From: an uncultured Chloroflexia bacterium
GTDB taxonomy: Bacteria > Chloroflexota > Limnocylindria > Limnocylindrales > CSP1-4
Assembly (NCBI GenBank): GCA_963833225.1
Contig: CAWHXD010000008.1
Coordinates: 864,001 to 928,000, forward strand
Length of the DNA: 64,000 nt
Reading direction: 5' to 3'
In this document: piece after piece, positions 1 through 11,046 of the stretch
Numbering within the stretch: position 1 is the stretch's first letter
Layout: each line of letters opens with the position of its first letter
Position numbers and translations under genes: made by a program
The notes under the pieces: generated by a model
What the model was told of the DNA's origin: nothing
The model's database searches: none
What the model saw: the letters and a program-made list of their open reading frames with translations, nothing else

Positions 1-311
1 ATGTCGTGTTCCCGGCAGCCATGGCGGGGCTTGCCGTCGGGCTGATCGCCGGACGGCGAGAGGTCGTGGCGGCCGCGGCCGGGATCGTCTTCGGGGTGGG
101 GTTGTCCCTCGCCATGGGACCGGCCATCGGGATCGTGGTCGGCGGGCTCGTGGGGCCACTGGCCGGGATGGCCGTGCCGGCAGCGCCGGATCGCGGCGAC
201 GAGGGACACCCGCCGTCACCCGTGTCTCTGGGGACGAGCCACCTGGACGAGGCGCTCCGCGAGCTGGACACCGTGCCTGCCGACGTCCCGGACCCGGAGA
301 CGGGGCGATGA
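1..311 (+). CDS. AzlC-family branched-chain amino acid exporter, C-terminal part (5' truncated)
   Basis: Hydrophobic 'FPAAMAGLAVGL...' segment; stop overlaps the start of the AzlD-like gene (ATGA). Confidence 0.6.
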   Translation, partial: VVFPAAMAGLAVGLIAGRREVVAAAAGIVFGVGLSLAMGPAIGIVVGGLVGPLAGMAVPAAPDRGDEGHPPSPVSLGTSHLDEALRELDTVPADVPDPETGR

Positions 312-634
312 CCACGGAGCTCGTCCTGCTCGCGATGCTGATGGCCGCCGTCACGTACCCGTCCCGGGCGATCCCGCTGCTCGCGCCCGGGATCGAGCGC
401 CTGCCGCCGGCCGCGCTGCAGTACCTGCGGCTGGTGGGGCCCGCGGTGCTCGCCTCGCTGGCGGCGGTCAACACCCTCGTCGTCGGCGGCCAGGACGGAC
501 CGCGAACCCTCCACGTCGGCATCGAGACGATCGCTGTCCTGGCCTGCGTCGCCCTCGTCGCCTGGCGCCGGAACCTGTTCCTGGGGCTCGTCCTGGCGGT
601 CGCGATGGTCGCGCTCCTGCGGGCGATCGGGTAG
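308..634 (+). CDS. AzlD domain membrane protein
   Basis: 108 aa hydrophobic; 'MAAVTYPSRAIP...LQYLRLVGPAVLASL...WRRNL' is the typical AzlD pattern. Confidence 0.75.
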   Translation: MTTELVLLAMLMAAVTYPSRAIPLLAPGIERLPPAALQYLRLVGPAVLASLAAVNTLVVGGQDGPRTLHVGIETIAVLACVALVAWRRNLFLGLVLAVAMVALLRAIG

Positions 635-742
635 CCCGCGCATTTCCACTTGACGCCGAGGCCAAGACGGGGAACGCTTGGAGCCTCGGGACCGTGGCTG
701 CCCCACGCGCCCATGCCCACATCTCATCCCGGAGGAGAGCAC

Positions 743-3700
743 ATGCACCGGAGGAGGCTCCTCATCACGATCGGCGCATCCGCGCTGATCGCCCTCGGCT
801 CGCTGCCGCTACCCGCGTTCGCCGCGGGTCCCGACCGCGTTCCACAGCAGATCGACTTCAGCAAGATCGATCCGACCTTCCGCTCCCGCCTGGCAGAGAC
901 CAACCAGCCGGTCAACGTCGTCCTCGAGCTGGCCGCCCGGCCCGCGATCGGCGTCGCCACCACCCGCGCCGGCCAGCAGGCCGCAGCCGAGCGGCTGCGC
1001 ACCGCCCAGAAGCCCGTCGTCGCCGCGGTCAACAAGACCGGCGCCAAGGTCATGGCCCGCTACCAGTACGCCTACAACGGCCTCCGCGTCCGGACCAAGA
1101 TGGGCAAGCTCGGCGAGCTTGCCGCCATCCCCGGCGTCGTCGCCGTCCGGCCGCTGCGCACCTACGAGCGCACGAACGTGACCGGCGTGCCCGCCATCGG
1201 CGGTCCGGTGGCGTGGGAGCAGAGCGGCGCCACGGGCGCTGGTGTGGTCGTCGCGGTCGTCGATACCGGCATCGACTACACCCACGCCAACTTCGGCGGG
1301 CCCGGGACCGAGGAAGCCTACGCGGAGAACGATCCGCTGACGATCGAGGCCGGCACCTTCCCGACCCGGAAGGTCATCGCCGGCTACGACTTCGCCGGCA
1401 ACGACTACGACGCCAACGGCGACGCCGGCTCGACCACCCCGACGCCCGACGAGGACCCGCTCGACTGCGGCGCCCACGGCAGCCACGTGGCCGGCACGAT
1501 CGCCGGCGAGGGCGTGCTCGCGGACCACTCGACCTACACGGGCACCTACAACGAGTCCACCATCGGCGACCCCGCCGACTGGACGATCGGCCCGGGCGTC
1601 GCCCCCGAGGCCAAGCTCGTGGCCCTCAAGGTCTTCGGCTGCGAAGGCTCGACCGATCTCGTCGTCGACGCGCTCGAATGGGTCGGCGAGTACAACGCCA
1701 CGCACGTCGTCGGCATCGACGTCGTCAACATGAGCCTCGGATCCCCGTTCGGCGACTCGACCGATGTCGACGCCGTCGCCTCCAACAACCTGGTCGCCTC
1801 GGGCGTCGTGGTCGTCGCCTCGGCCGGCAACGAATCCTCGGTGCCGTTCATCACCGGCGCCCCGGCCGTCGCCACGGGCGCGATCAGCGTCGCCGCCTAT
1901 GACGCCACGCCCTCGCTGCCGATGGCGACCATCGAGAACTCGGGTGACGACATCCCGGCCATCAACCAGAACGCCTACCCGGGCCTGCCGGTCAGCGGCG
2001 ACCTCCACGTCCTGAGCGACGGTGGCAGCGGCGTCAGCCTCGGCTGCGAGGTCGGCGACTATGACCTCGCAACCGAGGGGACGATCGTCGCGGTCAAGCG
2101 CGGCGACTGCCCCTTCGTGGACAAGGGTGCGGCGGCCGAGGCCGCAGGTGCCATCGGCATCATCGTGATCAACCGCGATGACACCGATCCCGGAGACCTG
2201 CCGACCTTCATCGGGTACAACCCCGAGGAGTTCGAGATCCCGATGATCGGGACCGACAAGACGGCCCAGGCGGACCTGATGGCGATCGACGGCGAGGCCA
2301 TCAACCTGGTCTCCGCCGGCACGCGAGGCCAACCCGACCTACAGCGAGATCACGGACTTCTCGTCCTCCGGCCCGCGCTGGGGCGACAACGCGCTCAAGC
2401 CCGACGTCGCCGCCCCCGGCGCCAACGTCATCTCGACCCTCAATGGCAGCGGCTGGAAGGGCACGACGTACAGCGGCACCTCGATGGCCGCCCCGATGAC
2501 CTCGGGCGCCGCGGCCCTCGTCATCCAGGCCCACCCGGCCTGGCCGCCGCTCAAGGTCAAGGCCGCCCTGGTCAACACCGCCGACGCCGACATCGTCGTC
2601 GACTACAGCCCCGAGCGGGCCGGATCCGGCCTGATCGCCGCTGACCGGGCAACTGAAGGCGAACGTCGTCGCCACGACCGGCGCGGCGACCGCCTCGCTG
2701 TCCTACGGGTACGTCCGCGCCAGCGGGGCGTGGTCGGCCAGCAAGACGATCACCATCTGGAACGACGGCATCGAGCCGGCCACCTACACGCTTGCGGCGA
2801 GCTCGTCGCTCGTCACCCTGTCCCCCACGACCGTGACGGTCCCGGCGGGCTCGTCGATGGACGTCGTCGCCACGGCCCACCTGTCCAAGGCGACCGTGAG
2901 GGCGCTCGACACCGTCGACCAGTTCCTGACCGGTGACTTCACCGGCCTGTTCACGATGAGCGGCGTGGTGGTCGCCACCCCGTCCGGGTCGATCACCGGC
3001 CAGCAGTCGCTCCGGATCCCGTATCTCGCGGTGCCGCGCGGCGTGTCCAACGTCGTCGCAACGCAGGCCAGGAACTGGTCCTCGGCGGCCGGCATCAAGT
3101 CCGGCAAGCTCCGGCTCACCAACTCGGCCGGGCACTCGGGCTGGGCTGATGTCTACGCCCTTGGCTTCAAGGATCCGTCCGGCGACGGCGCGCACGGCAC
3201 GGACGTGGCCGCCGCAGGCGTCAAGGTCGAGTCGGCCGAGGCGCTCGGGGTCGACGATCCCGACGATCGCGCCATCACCTTCGCCGTCAACATGCACGAC
3301 CGGTTCTCAACGGCGGCGCCGCACGAGATCGACGTCGCCGTCGACGTGGACGGTGACGGCAGCGCGGACGCGTACGTCATCGCCTACGACGTCGGACTGC
3401 TGTTTGCCGGTGCGTACTCCGGGCAGACCCTGTCCCTGATCACCGACGCCGACTTCAACATCATCGACTACTGGGAGGCGAATACGCCGCTCAACGGGTC
3501 CACGATGCTGCTGCCGGTGCTCGCGTCGGAGCTCGGTCTCGCGGACGGCGCCGGCTCATTCAAGTACCGGGTCTACGCCTTCGACGGCTACACCGGTGAC
3601 GCCGACATGACGAAGTGGTCGAAGACGTTTGACGCCTACGACCCCACGATCTCGACCGGCAAGTTCAAGGAAGTCGACGCCAAGTCGGCGACCAAGGTCA

Positions 3701-3807
3701 AGGTCTGGTTCAACAAGGCCGACGCGCCGCGCGGCTGGATGGTCGTCACCCTCGACGACTGGAACAACTCCCAGGCCGACATCGTGCGGGTGCCCCTCAA
3801 GAAGTAG
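743..3807 (+). CDS. Secreted S8 subtilisin-like protease with propeptide and PA domain (frameshifts ~2325, ~2655)
   Basis: RBS GGAGGAG 731-737; signal peptide; VDTG, HGSHVAG and (shifted frame) KPDVAAPG...SGTSMAAP catalytic motifs; PA motif 'KRGDCPFVDK'. Confidence 0.9.
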
Positions 3808-3832
3808 GAGACCCCGCTCCCATCGAGCTCAC

Positions 3833-3865
3833 GAAACCGCCCCGGCCACCGGCCGGGGCGGTTTC
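3833..3865. terminator. Intrinsic terminator hairpin between convergent genes
   Basis: GAAACCGCCCCGGCC-ACC-GGCCGGGGCGGTTTC, perfect 15-bp stem. Confidence 0.8.
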
Positions 3866-3920
3866 ACGTTCAGCAACGGTCAGCGGATCGAACCCTCGCG
3901 ACCCCGCACGTGGCGCCGGG

Positions 3921-5171
3921 TCACAGCGCCGCGCCCGCCCGGGCCAGCCGTTCGGCCCGCCACCGACCCACCTCCGGGTCCCGCCCGATGGCCGCGATCA
4001 GCGCCGCCAGCATCGTCGTGCGGGGCACGATGGAGGCGACCTCCAGGTACTCGCCAGGTGAGTGATCCAACCCGCCGATGGGTCCCAGGCCGTCGATCGT
4101 GGGGACCCCCATCCCGGCCGTCGTGTTGGCATCGGACGCACCACCCGTGGCGGCATCCCGGAGCGGGAAGCCCAGCTGCGCGGCAAGGGCGACCGCATGC
4201 TCCACGAGCCGACCCGAGCGGTCCAGCTTCTCCATCGGCCGGTGGCGGCCGCTCTCGGTGGTCTCGACGGTGACGCCGGGGACCAGCCTGGGGACCAGCG
4301 TCTCGGTGATCGCCGCCTCGACCGCGTCGAGTTCCGCGCCCGTGACGGCCCGCACATCCACCTCCAGTGTGCACCGCGCGGCAACCACGTTGGGCCGCGT
4401 CCCGCCCTCGATCACCCCGACATTGACGGTGACGCCGGGCCAGCGCCCGTTGAGCGTATGGAGGTCCTGCGTGATGCGGGCGGCCTCGAGGATCGCGCTG
4501 CGACCCTTCTCGGGCTCGACGCCGGCATGGCTGGCCCGGCCGTGCACGTTGATGGCCAGGTCCAGCGTGCCCTTGCGCGACGAGACGAGGTCCCCGTTCG
4601 CCCGCGCGCACTCGAGGACCAGGCAGGCGTCGGCCTCTCGAGCGAGCCTGCGGATGTGCGGCGAGGAGGCCGGTGAGCCGATCTCCTCGTCCGGGTTGGC
4701 CACGAACACGAGCCGCGCCAGCGGCACCCCGCCAAGCGCTTCACGCAGCGCGCCGACGGCATACAGCCCGGCGAGCAGCCCGCTCTTCATGTCCGTGACG
4801 CCAGGCCCGGTTGCGATCCCGCCCTGGATCTGGAACGGTCGCTCCGCCGCGCTGCCCTCGTCGAACACGGTGTCCATGTGGCCGATGCACAGCAGGGTTG
4901 GCCCCGCGGGATCCGTCCCGCGCAGCGTCCCCACGACGGTCTCGCCCAGACCCAGGTCGTTGGCATGAACGGTCACCGAGAATCCCAGGGTCCTGAGGCG
5001 CTCGGCCGTCCAGCGCCCGATCACGTCGACCCCGGCCCTGGTGTAGCTGCCGCAGTCCACGTTCACCAGCCGTTCCAGGTCGCCGAGGAAGGCCGGATAG
5101 GTGCGCTCCACGCTCGCCCGGATGGCGGCGAGCTCCCCGGGAAGCACGAGATCGGGATCGGGTGTCGCCAT
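3921..5171 (-). CDS. M20 family metallopeptidase (glutamate carboxypeptidase-like)
   Basis: GHMDTV, GPGVTDMKSG, DEEIGS, GRASHAG, GGASD, C-terminal H(SPGE) motifs; TAGACT -10 seven nt before ATG 5171. Confidence 0.9.
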   Translation of the reverse strand: MATPDPDLVLPGELAAIRASVERTYPAFLGDLERLVNVDCGSYTRAGVDVIGRWTAERLRTLGFSVTVHANDLGLGETVVGTLRGTDPAGPTLLCIGHMDTVFDEGSAAERPFQIQGGIATGPGVTDMKSGLLAGLYAVGALREALGGVPLARLVFVANPDEEIGSPASSPHIRRLAREADACLVLECARANGDLVSSRKGTLDLAINVHGRASHAGVEPEKGRSAILEAARITQDLHTLNGRWPGVTVNVGVIEGGTRPNVVAARCTLEVDVRAVTGAELDAVEAAITETLVPRLVPGVTVETTESGRHRPMEKLDRSGRLVEHAVALAAQLGFPLRDAATGGASDANTTAGMGVPTIDGLGPIGGLDHSPGEYLEVASIVPRTTMLAALIAAIGRDPEVGRWRAERLARAGAAL

Positions 5172-5246
5172 GCCCACCAGTCTATCGGGCGCCGTGGCCC
5201 ATCCGGTCGCTCCCGTCCCCGTCCGCTCGCGTAGAGTGTCCGGACC

Positions 5247-6974
5247 GTGCGACTGCTTGAGATCCGGCTGCTCGAGGGGCCCAACGTCTACCGGCTGGTT
5301 CCGGTGGTCAAGGTCGAGGTCGCCGTCGGCCGGTCGCACGCCTGGCGGGGCTCCCGCTCGCCCTCGAATGACGCCCTGGTGCACCTCGCCCGCGATGTCC
5401 CCGCCCGTGAGTGGCCGGACCCCGTCGCGGATGTCGTGGCCTGGACGCGCCGGCTGCGGGCGGACCACGGGGAGCAGGCGGGGCCGGTCAGGGTCCACCG
5501 GTCCTCGGATGCGGGGCGCTGGGCGATCACCTGGCCGTGGTCGGGTGCGGCACGGGCCAGGCTCGTCGCGGAGGCGGCGGTGGACCTCGCCGGGCGCTCG
5601 GTCTCGCCGGCGCGACACGTCCGGCTGACGATGACCCAGGCCCGCTGGGTCGACGGCTGGGAGGCACGCATCGCCGCAGCCACGGCCGCGCCGCCATCCT
5701 GGATCCGCGATGCCGACCGGCGGATGCCGGTCGCCTCGATCACCGGGACCAACGGCAAGTCCACGGTCACGCGCCTGATAACCCACATCCTGCTGCGGGC
5801 CGGGCGCCACGTCGGCACGACCACCAGCGACGGGATCCTCGTGGACGAGCGGATGATCGAACCGGGCGACTGGACGGGTCCGGGTGGCGCCGCCGCGATC
5901 CTGCACCGATCCGATGTCGACGCGGCGGTGCTGGAGACGGCGCGCGGCGGCCTGGTGCTGCGTGGCATGGGCTACGAGTCCAACGAGGTCTCGGTGTTCA
6001 CCAACGTCTCGTCGGATCACCTCGACCTCCAGGGGATCCACACGCTGCCCGAGCTGGCCGAGCTCAAGGCGACGGTGTGCCGCGTGACCCGGCCCGACGG
6101 GCTCGTGGTCCTCAACGCCGATGACCCGCTGGTGGCCGCCGTCGCGCGTCGGGTCCGGGCCCGGGTCGCGTATTTCTCGATGGATCCGGCGCGCTTCCCG
6201 CAGGTCGCGCGTCACCGGCAGCGCGGCGGGCTGGCGTGGCTGCTGCTGGGCCACCACCTTGTGGAGTGCGAGGGACCGGCAGAGCACGAGCTGCTCGACG
6301 TCGCGGACCTCCCCGTCGCCCTCGGCGGGCTGGCCAAGCACAACGTCGCGAACGCGCTGGCGGCGGCCGGTGGAGCGCGAGGACTCGGAGCGTCACGCGC
6401 CGAGGTCGCCGAGGGCCTGCGCCACTTCCGCCCGACGGCGGACCTGTCCCCCGGCCGGCTCAACCTGTTCCGTTTCGGCCACCAGACGGTGATCATCGAC
6501 TTCGCCCACAACGAGGCCGGGACGGATGCCATCCTCGACGTTGCCGCGGGGATCGCCGGCGGGACCCCTGGGCGCGCTGCGCCGGTGACGGCGATCATCG
6601 GCACGGCGGGCGACCGCCCGGACGACACGCTGCGGGGCATCGCGCGCATCGCCGCCGGGAAGGCCGATCGGGTCGTGATCAAGGAGACGCTCGACTACCT
6701 GCGCGGGCAGGCTCGTGAGCAGATCGTGCGACGGCTGGGGGAGGGCCTGGCGGAGGCGGGCGTCGATCCGGCGACCGTGCCCGTCTACGAGAGCGAGACG
6801 GTGGCCCTGGAGGCGGAGCTCGCCAGGCCAGGGTCGCCCGCGCCCGGCATCGGCGCCGCGGATGCTCCCCGCGTCACGGTCCTGTTCTGCCACCAGGACC
6901 GCGACCAGGTGTTCGCGCTGCTGGAGCGGCTGGGGGCTCGCAGCCTGGATGCGCTCGCCCCGGACCGTGGCTAG
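5247..6974 (+). CDS. CphA-like protein: degenerate N domain plus Mur-ligase (M) domain, no ATP-grasp
   Basis: N-terminus 'MRLLEIRLLEGPNVY' resembles the CphA start; ITGTNGKST, LETARGG, TNVSSDHL, PGRLN, IDFAHN, GDRPD motifs collinear with the CphA M domain; one intact ORF. Confidence 0.85.
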   Translation: MRLLEIRLLEGPNVYRLVPVVKVEVAVGRSHAWRGSRSPSNDALVHLARDVPAREWPDPVADVVAWTRRLRADHGEQAGPVRVHRSSDAGRWAITWPWSGAARARLVAEAAVDLAGRSVSPARHVRLTMTQARWVDGWEARIAAATAAPPSWIRDADRRMPVASITGTNGKSTVTRLITHILLRAGRHVGTTTSDGILVDERMIEPGDWTGPGGAAAILHRSDVDAAVLETARGGLVLRGMGYESNEVSVFTNVSSDHLDLQGIHTLPELAELKATVCRVTRPDGLVVLNADDPLVAAVARRVRARVAYFSMDPARFPQVARHRQRGGLAWLLLGHHLVECEGPAEHELLDVADLPVALGGLAKHNVANALAAAGGARGLGASRAEVAEGLRHFRPTADLSPGRLNLFRFGHQTVIIDFAHNEAGTDAILDVAAGIAGGTPGRAAPVTAIIGTAGDRPDDTLRGIARIAAGKADRVVIKETLDYLRGQAREQIVRRLGEGLAEAGVDPATVPVYESETVALEAELARPGSPAPGIGAADAPRVTVLFCHQDRDQVFALLERLGARSLDALAPDRG

Positions 6975-7651
6975 GACATGCAGTCCGTGCACGCGACGGC
7001 CGAGCGCACGACGACGAACGGGGACGAACCGGCGGCGTTGACCGCCCGCACCACGAACGCGAAGTAGCTGGTCCCGTCGACAGAGGCGAGGACGGGGCCA
7101 TCCACGTCGGCCTCGGGCCACTCCCACGAGACGGATCCCGGCTCGGCGGGACCCTTGGCGATCAGCGTCCGGATCTTGGCCGGGAGCGGCGTGCGGTCGG
7201 TCACGCACGGCGGGTTGTCGGCGGTCGGCTTGTTCGGGCAGGTGGTGATGCCGAACACGCGGATGGAGGTCCCCGGATCAAGGGGCATCGTCCAGGAGAC
7301 GGTGTACCGGGTCATGACGAGTCCACCCTCACCGGTCACGCCAGGGTCGACGTTGTAGTCGAGGCCATCGGGCGCGGCGGGGGGCTCGGTGGCAGCGGGA
7401 GCCGTCGCGGGCGGCTCAGTCATCGGCGGCTCGGTCGCGGCGGGCGACTCGGTGACGACCGGCGTGGCCGGCGGCTCGGACGGCGCCATGGACGCCACCG
7501 GCGAGGGCGTCGCGGACACGCTCGAGGGGCTCGCGGGCAACGACGTGGACGGCGACCCGCCGGCGGAGCATGCCGATGTGACCGTCGCGATCACGAGCGC
7601 GGCACCGACCAGGGCCGTCGCAGGCCAACGGAAGCACGGGACGAGGTGCAT
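6971..7651 (-). CDS. Pro/Thr-rich putative lipoprotein, unknown function
   Basis: RBS GAGGGAG; hydrophobic leader ending in lipobox-like TSAC; PST-rich linker; small C-terminal domain with Cys pairs. Confidence 0.65.
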   Translation of the reverse strand: MHLVPCFRWPATALVGAALVIATVTSACSAGGSPSTSLPASPSSVSATPSPVASMAPSEPPATPVVTESPAATEPPMTEPPATAPAATEPPAAPDGLDYNVDPGVTGEGGLVMTRYTVSWTMPLDPGTSIRVFGITTCPNKPTADNPPCVTDRTPLPAKIRTLIAKGPAEPGSVSWEWPEADVDGPVLASVDGTSYFAFVVRAVNAAGSSPFVVVRSAVACTDCMS

Positions 7652-7788
7652 CTTGGTCTCCCTCTCTTGCCTCGAGGCGGGGGCGGGGGCAACGAGCCTG
7701 CTCCCCCGATGCGGCTGGGACGGCAGTGGACGGCGGGATGCGACGTGCGAGCCGGTTTCGGCCCGACCCGGGCCGACGTGGACGCGTT

Positions 7789-7863
7789 CCCCGGCGGTTC
7801 GCCCCCGGGCTCCCGGCGGTTCGCCCTCCCGCCTCCCGGCGGTTCGCCCCTGGGCTCCCGGCG
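7789..7863. repeat. Three imperfect ~21-22 bp tandem repeats (CCCGGCGGTTCGCCC core)
   Basis: Core CCGGCGGTTCGCCC appears three times, intergenic. Confidence 0.75.
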
Positions 7864-7995
7864 CTCAAGCGGTTGCGCGGTGGGGCGATCCGGGCTGCTG
7901 GAGACCCATTCGTCACGCGGAGGGGATGAGGTGCGTGACACACCGGGCGCCGGGGGCCAGATTCGACTCACAACGCGCTGGTTGGGGCGCGCACC

Positions 7996-8048
7996 GCCCG
8001 GCACGTACGACGCGCAAGGCCCGGCACGCACGACGCGCAAGGCCCGGC
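7996..8048. repeat. Two 23-bp tandem repeats GCCCGGCACG(T/C)ACGACGCGCAAG
   Basis: Read directly, just downstream of the cphA stop. Confidence 0.75.
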
Positions 8049-8086
8049 CCGGCGCGCACGGCGCCGCGGCAGCGCCGGGACCGCTG

Positions 8087-10938
8087 CTACCCGAGTGGCG
8101 CCTCGAGCTCTCCCGGGTCCGCAAACGCCGTCCCGCCCTGGCCGCGCCCCGCGAGCGCCATCGCCTGCCGGTAGACGTCGACCGCGTCGTCCGCGCAGAC
8201 CACGACCAGGTCGCCCGGGGCGCACCGCCGGAGCGCGGCCCGCACGGCAGCTGACTCCTCGAGGATCTTCTCGACCTTGATCGCGCGGGCCTCCCCCTCG
8301 CCCCGGACGGCGCGGATCCCGGCGACCACGTTGCCGGCCGTCTCGCCGGGCGCTCGACCACGCAGGTTCCGGTCCTCCCGGATCACGATCTCGTCAAAGG
8401 CGGTTGCCGCGAGCGCGCCGTACTCGCGCTGGTCCTCGTCGCGCCGGTCGCCGGGAATGCCGATGACGCCGATCGCACGCCCGCTGCGCGCAGGCACGGC
8501 GGGGCTGCCCAGCATGCCGGGCCGCGTCTGCGGCTCGACCATCATCCGGTTCACGAAGTCGGCAAGCTGCCGCATGCCGTCCACGTTGTGGCAGTAGTCG
8601 ATGACCACCCGGGTGCCGGCGACCTCGACCATGTTGAGGCGGCCGGGGGCCTGGAAGAACGACGTGGTGAAGGTGCGCAGGCCCTGGCGGATGTCGTGCA
8701 GGTGGGCCCCCATGGACCACGCGGCCGCAGCGGCGGCCAGGGCGTTGGCCACGTTCATCCGCGCGCGGCCGCCGAAGGTGGACGGCATCAGGTGCGTGTA
8801 CAGCACCGGCATCTTGCGAGGGCCGTGCTTGAGCACGATCAGCTCGCCCTGTGGCGTGTCCTCGAGGCAGAACGCGGCGTTGCCGCGGTTGGTGTGGCCG
8901 TCGACCCGGTCGTAGCCGTCCTCTCCCTTGTCCTTGGCCATGCTGAACAGCACGACCCGGCCGTCGCAATGGCGGCCCATGCGGTAGACGAGATGGTTGT
9001 CGGCGTTGAGCACGGCCGTCCCGGAGCGGGGTACCGCCTCGACGACGACGCCCTTGACCCCCGCGAGCTGGCCGACGGTATCGATGCCGCCGAGACCCAG
9101 GTGATCGCCGGTCACGTTGGTGACCACGGCCACGTCGTTGCGGTCGTAGCCCAGCCCCTCCCGCAGGATGCCGCCGCGGGCCACCTCGAACACGGCCGTG
9201 TCCACGGTCGGGTTCTGGAGCACCATCTGGGCGCTCTTGGGCCCGGACATGTCGCCGCGCTTGATCAGCCGGCCGTCGATCACGATCCCGTCGGTGGACG
9301 TCATGCCGACCCGCTTGCCCATCAGCTTGAGGATGTGGGCGATCATCCGGACGGTCGTCGTCTTGCCGTTGGTGCCGGTCACGGCAACGATCGGGATGCG
9401 CGCCGTGGCACCTGCCGGGAAGAGCAGGTCGATGACGGGCTTCGCGACGTACTGCGGCTCGCCCTCCGTGGGGTGGGTGTGCATCCGGAACCCGGGCGCC
9501 GCGTTGACCTCGACGATCCCACCACCGGTCTCGCGGACGGGGACCTCGATGTCAGGGCAGATGAAGTCGATGCCGGCGATGTCGAGGCCCACCACCAGCG
9601 CGGCGGTCTCGGCGATCTCGATGTTGTCGGGATGCGCCTCCATCGTGCGATCGATCGAGGTGCCGCCGGTCGACATGTTGCCCGTGAGGGCCAGCTTGAC
9701 GAACGCGCCCTTGTCGGGGACCGAGTCAGTGGTGTAGTCCTGTCCGGCCAGGACGCCCTCGGCGGCGGCGTCGAGGCTGATCCGGGTCAGCACCTTCTCG
9801 TGCCCGATGCCACGGCGGGGATCGGCGTTCGCCTCCTCGACCAGCTCGCGCACGGTGCTGGTGCCATCGCCGGTGACGCTGGCCGGGACCCGCTCCGCGA
9901 CCGCGGCGACCTTGCCGCCGATCACCAGGCAGCGGTAGTCGCGACCGGTGATGAAGCTCTCGACGACCACGTCCCCGCCGCGGCTCTGGCGGACCGTCTC
10001 CGGCCAGGCGGCACGGACCACGGCCTCGTCCTGCAGGTCAAGCGCGACGCCGCGGCCGTGGTTGCCGTCGAGCGGCTTGATCACGCACGGATAGCCGATC
10101 CGGCGCGCGGCGGCCACCGCGTCGTCCTCGGTGTCGACCACCTCGGAGTGCGGCACCGGGAGCCCAGCCGAGTCGAGAAGGCGGTTGGTCAGCTTCTTGT
10201 CCGACGCGATGTCGACGGCGATGCCGCCCGTCCGGCTGGTCATCGTGGCCCGGATCCGCTGCTGGTGGACGCCCTGGCCCAGCTGGACCAGGCTGTAGCG
10301 GTCGAGGCGGATGAACGGGATGTCGCGGCCGGCAGCCTCGTCGAGGAGCGCCTGGGTGGACGGCCCGAAGGCCAGCCGCTCCGCGAGCCGGATGAGGGAT
10401 TCCAGCTCGGGCACCAGTCGAACGCGAAGGCCTCGTCGTGGGGAGCCACCAGGTGGTTGACCAGCGCGACGGCCTTGCGGCCCGCCTCGAGGCCGACCTG
10501 CTCCTCGCGGTACTCGAAGATCACGTTGTAGCGGCCATGCTCACCGGTGCCGCGCGTCTTGCCGTGGCGGACCGCCATGCCGGCCAGATTCTGGAACTCG
10601 AGCGCGATGTGCTCGGCCACGTGGCCCGCCCAGGTCCCATCGCGGAGCCGGGTGATGAAGCCGCCGCGGCGGCCGAGCGAGCAGGCGTGGTCCTCGAGGC
10701 TGGGGAGGATCTCCACCAGGGCATCCACGAAGCCGGGGATCGTGTTGCTCGGGTACTCCTCCAGCACACCCAGGTCCACGACCTCTCGGATCACGGGCTC
10801 GCGGGCCCAGTAGTTGGCACCGCGCAGGACACGGGTCTCGAGGATGCGCAGGGTGGGTTGCGGGCCAGCGGCCGTTGGCTCGGGGGCGGCGGCGCGCGAT
10901 CGCGACCGCTTCGGGGTACCGGGATCCGCCTGGGACAC
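8087..10938 (-). CDS. cphA: Cyanophycin synthetase (frameshift ~10415)
   Basis: N domain with C-x19-HVAEH; FGPST; ATP-grasp KPLDGNHGRGV and EVNAAPGFRMH; M domain VTGTNGKTTT, EVARGG, DYCHN. Confidence 0.95.
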
Positions 10939-11046
10939 TGGTCCCTCCTCGACTGCGTGGGACCGGAGTGTACGCGCTGGGAATGTCCGGGTGGCGGAGC
11001 GCGCCGGAGGCGCCCGGTGGCGGGAGCACGGCGCGCGGGCGCCGGG

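Noticed and set aside
10400-10430. Programmed frameshift or natural split of cphA after the N domain
   Set aside because: No slippery sequence seen and similar indels occur throughout the window
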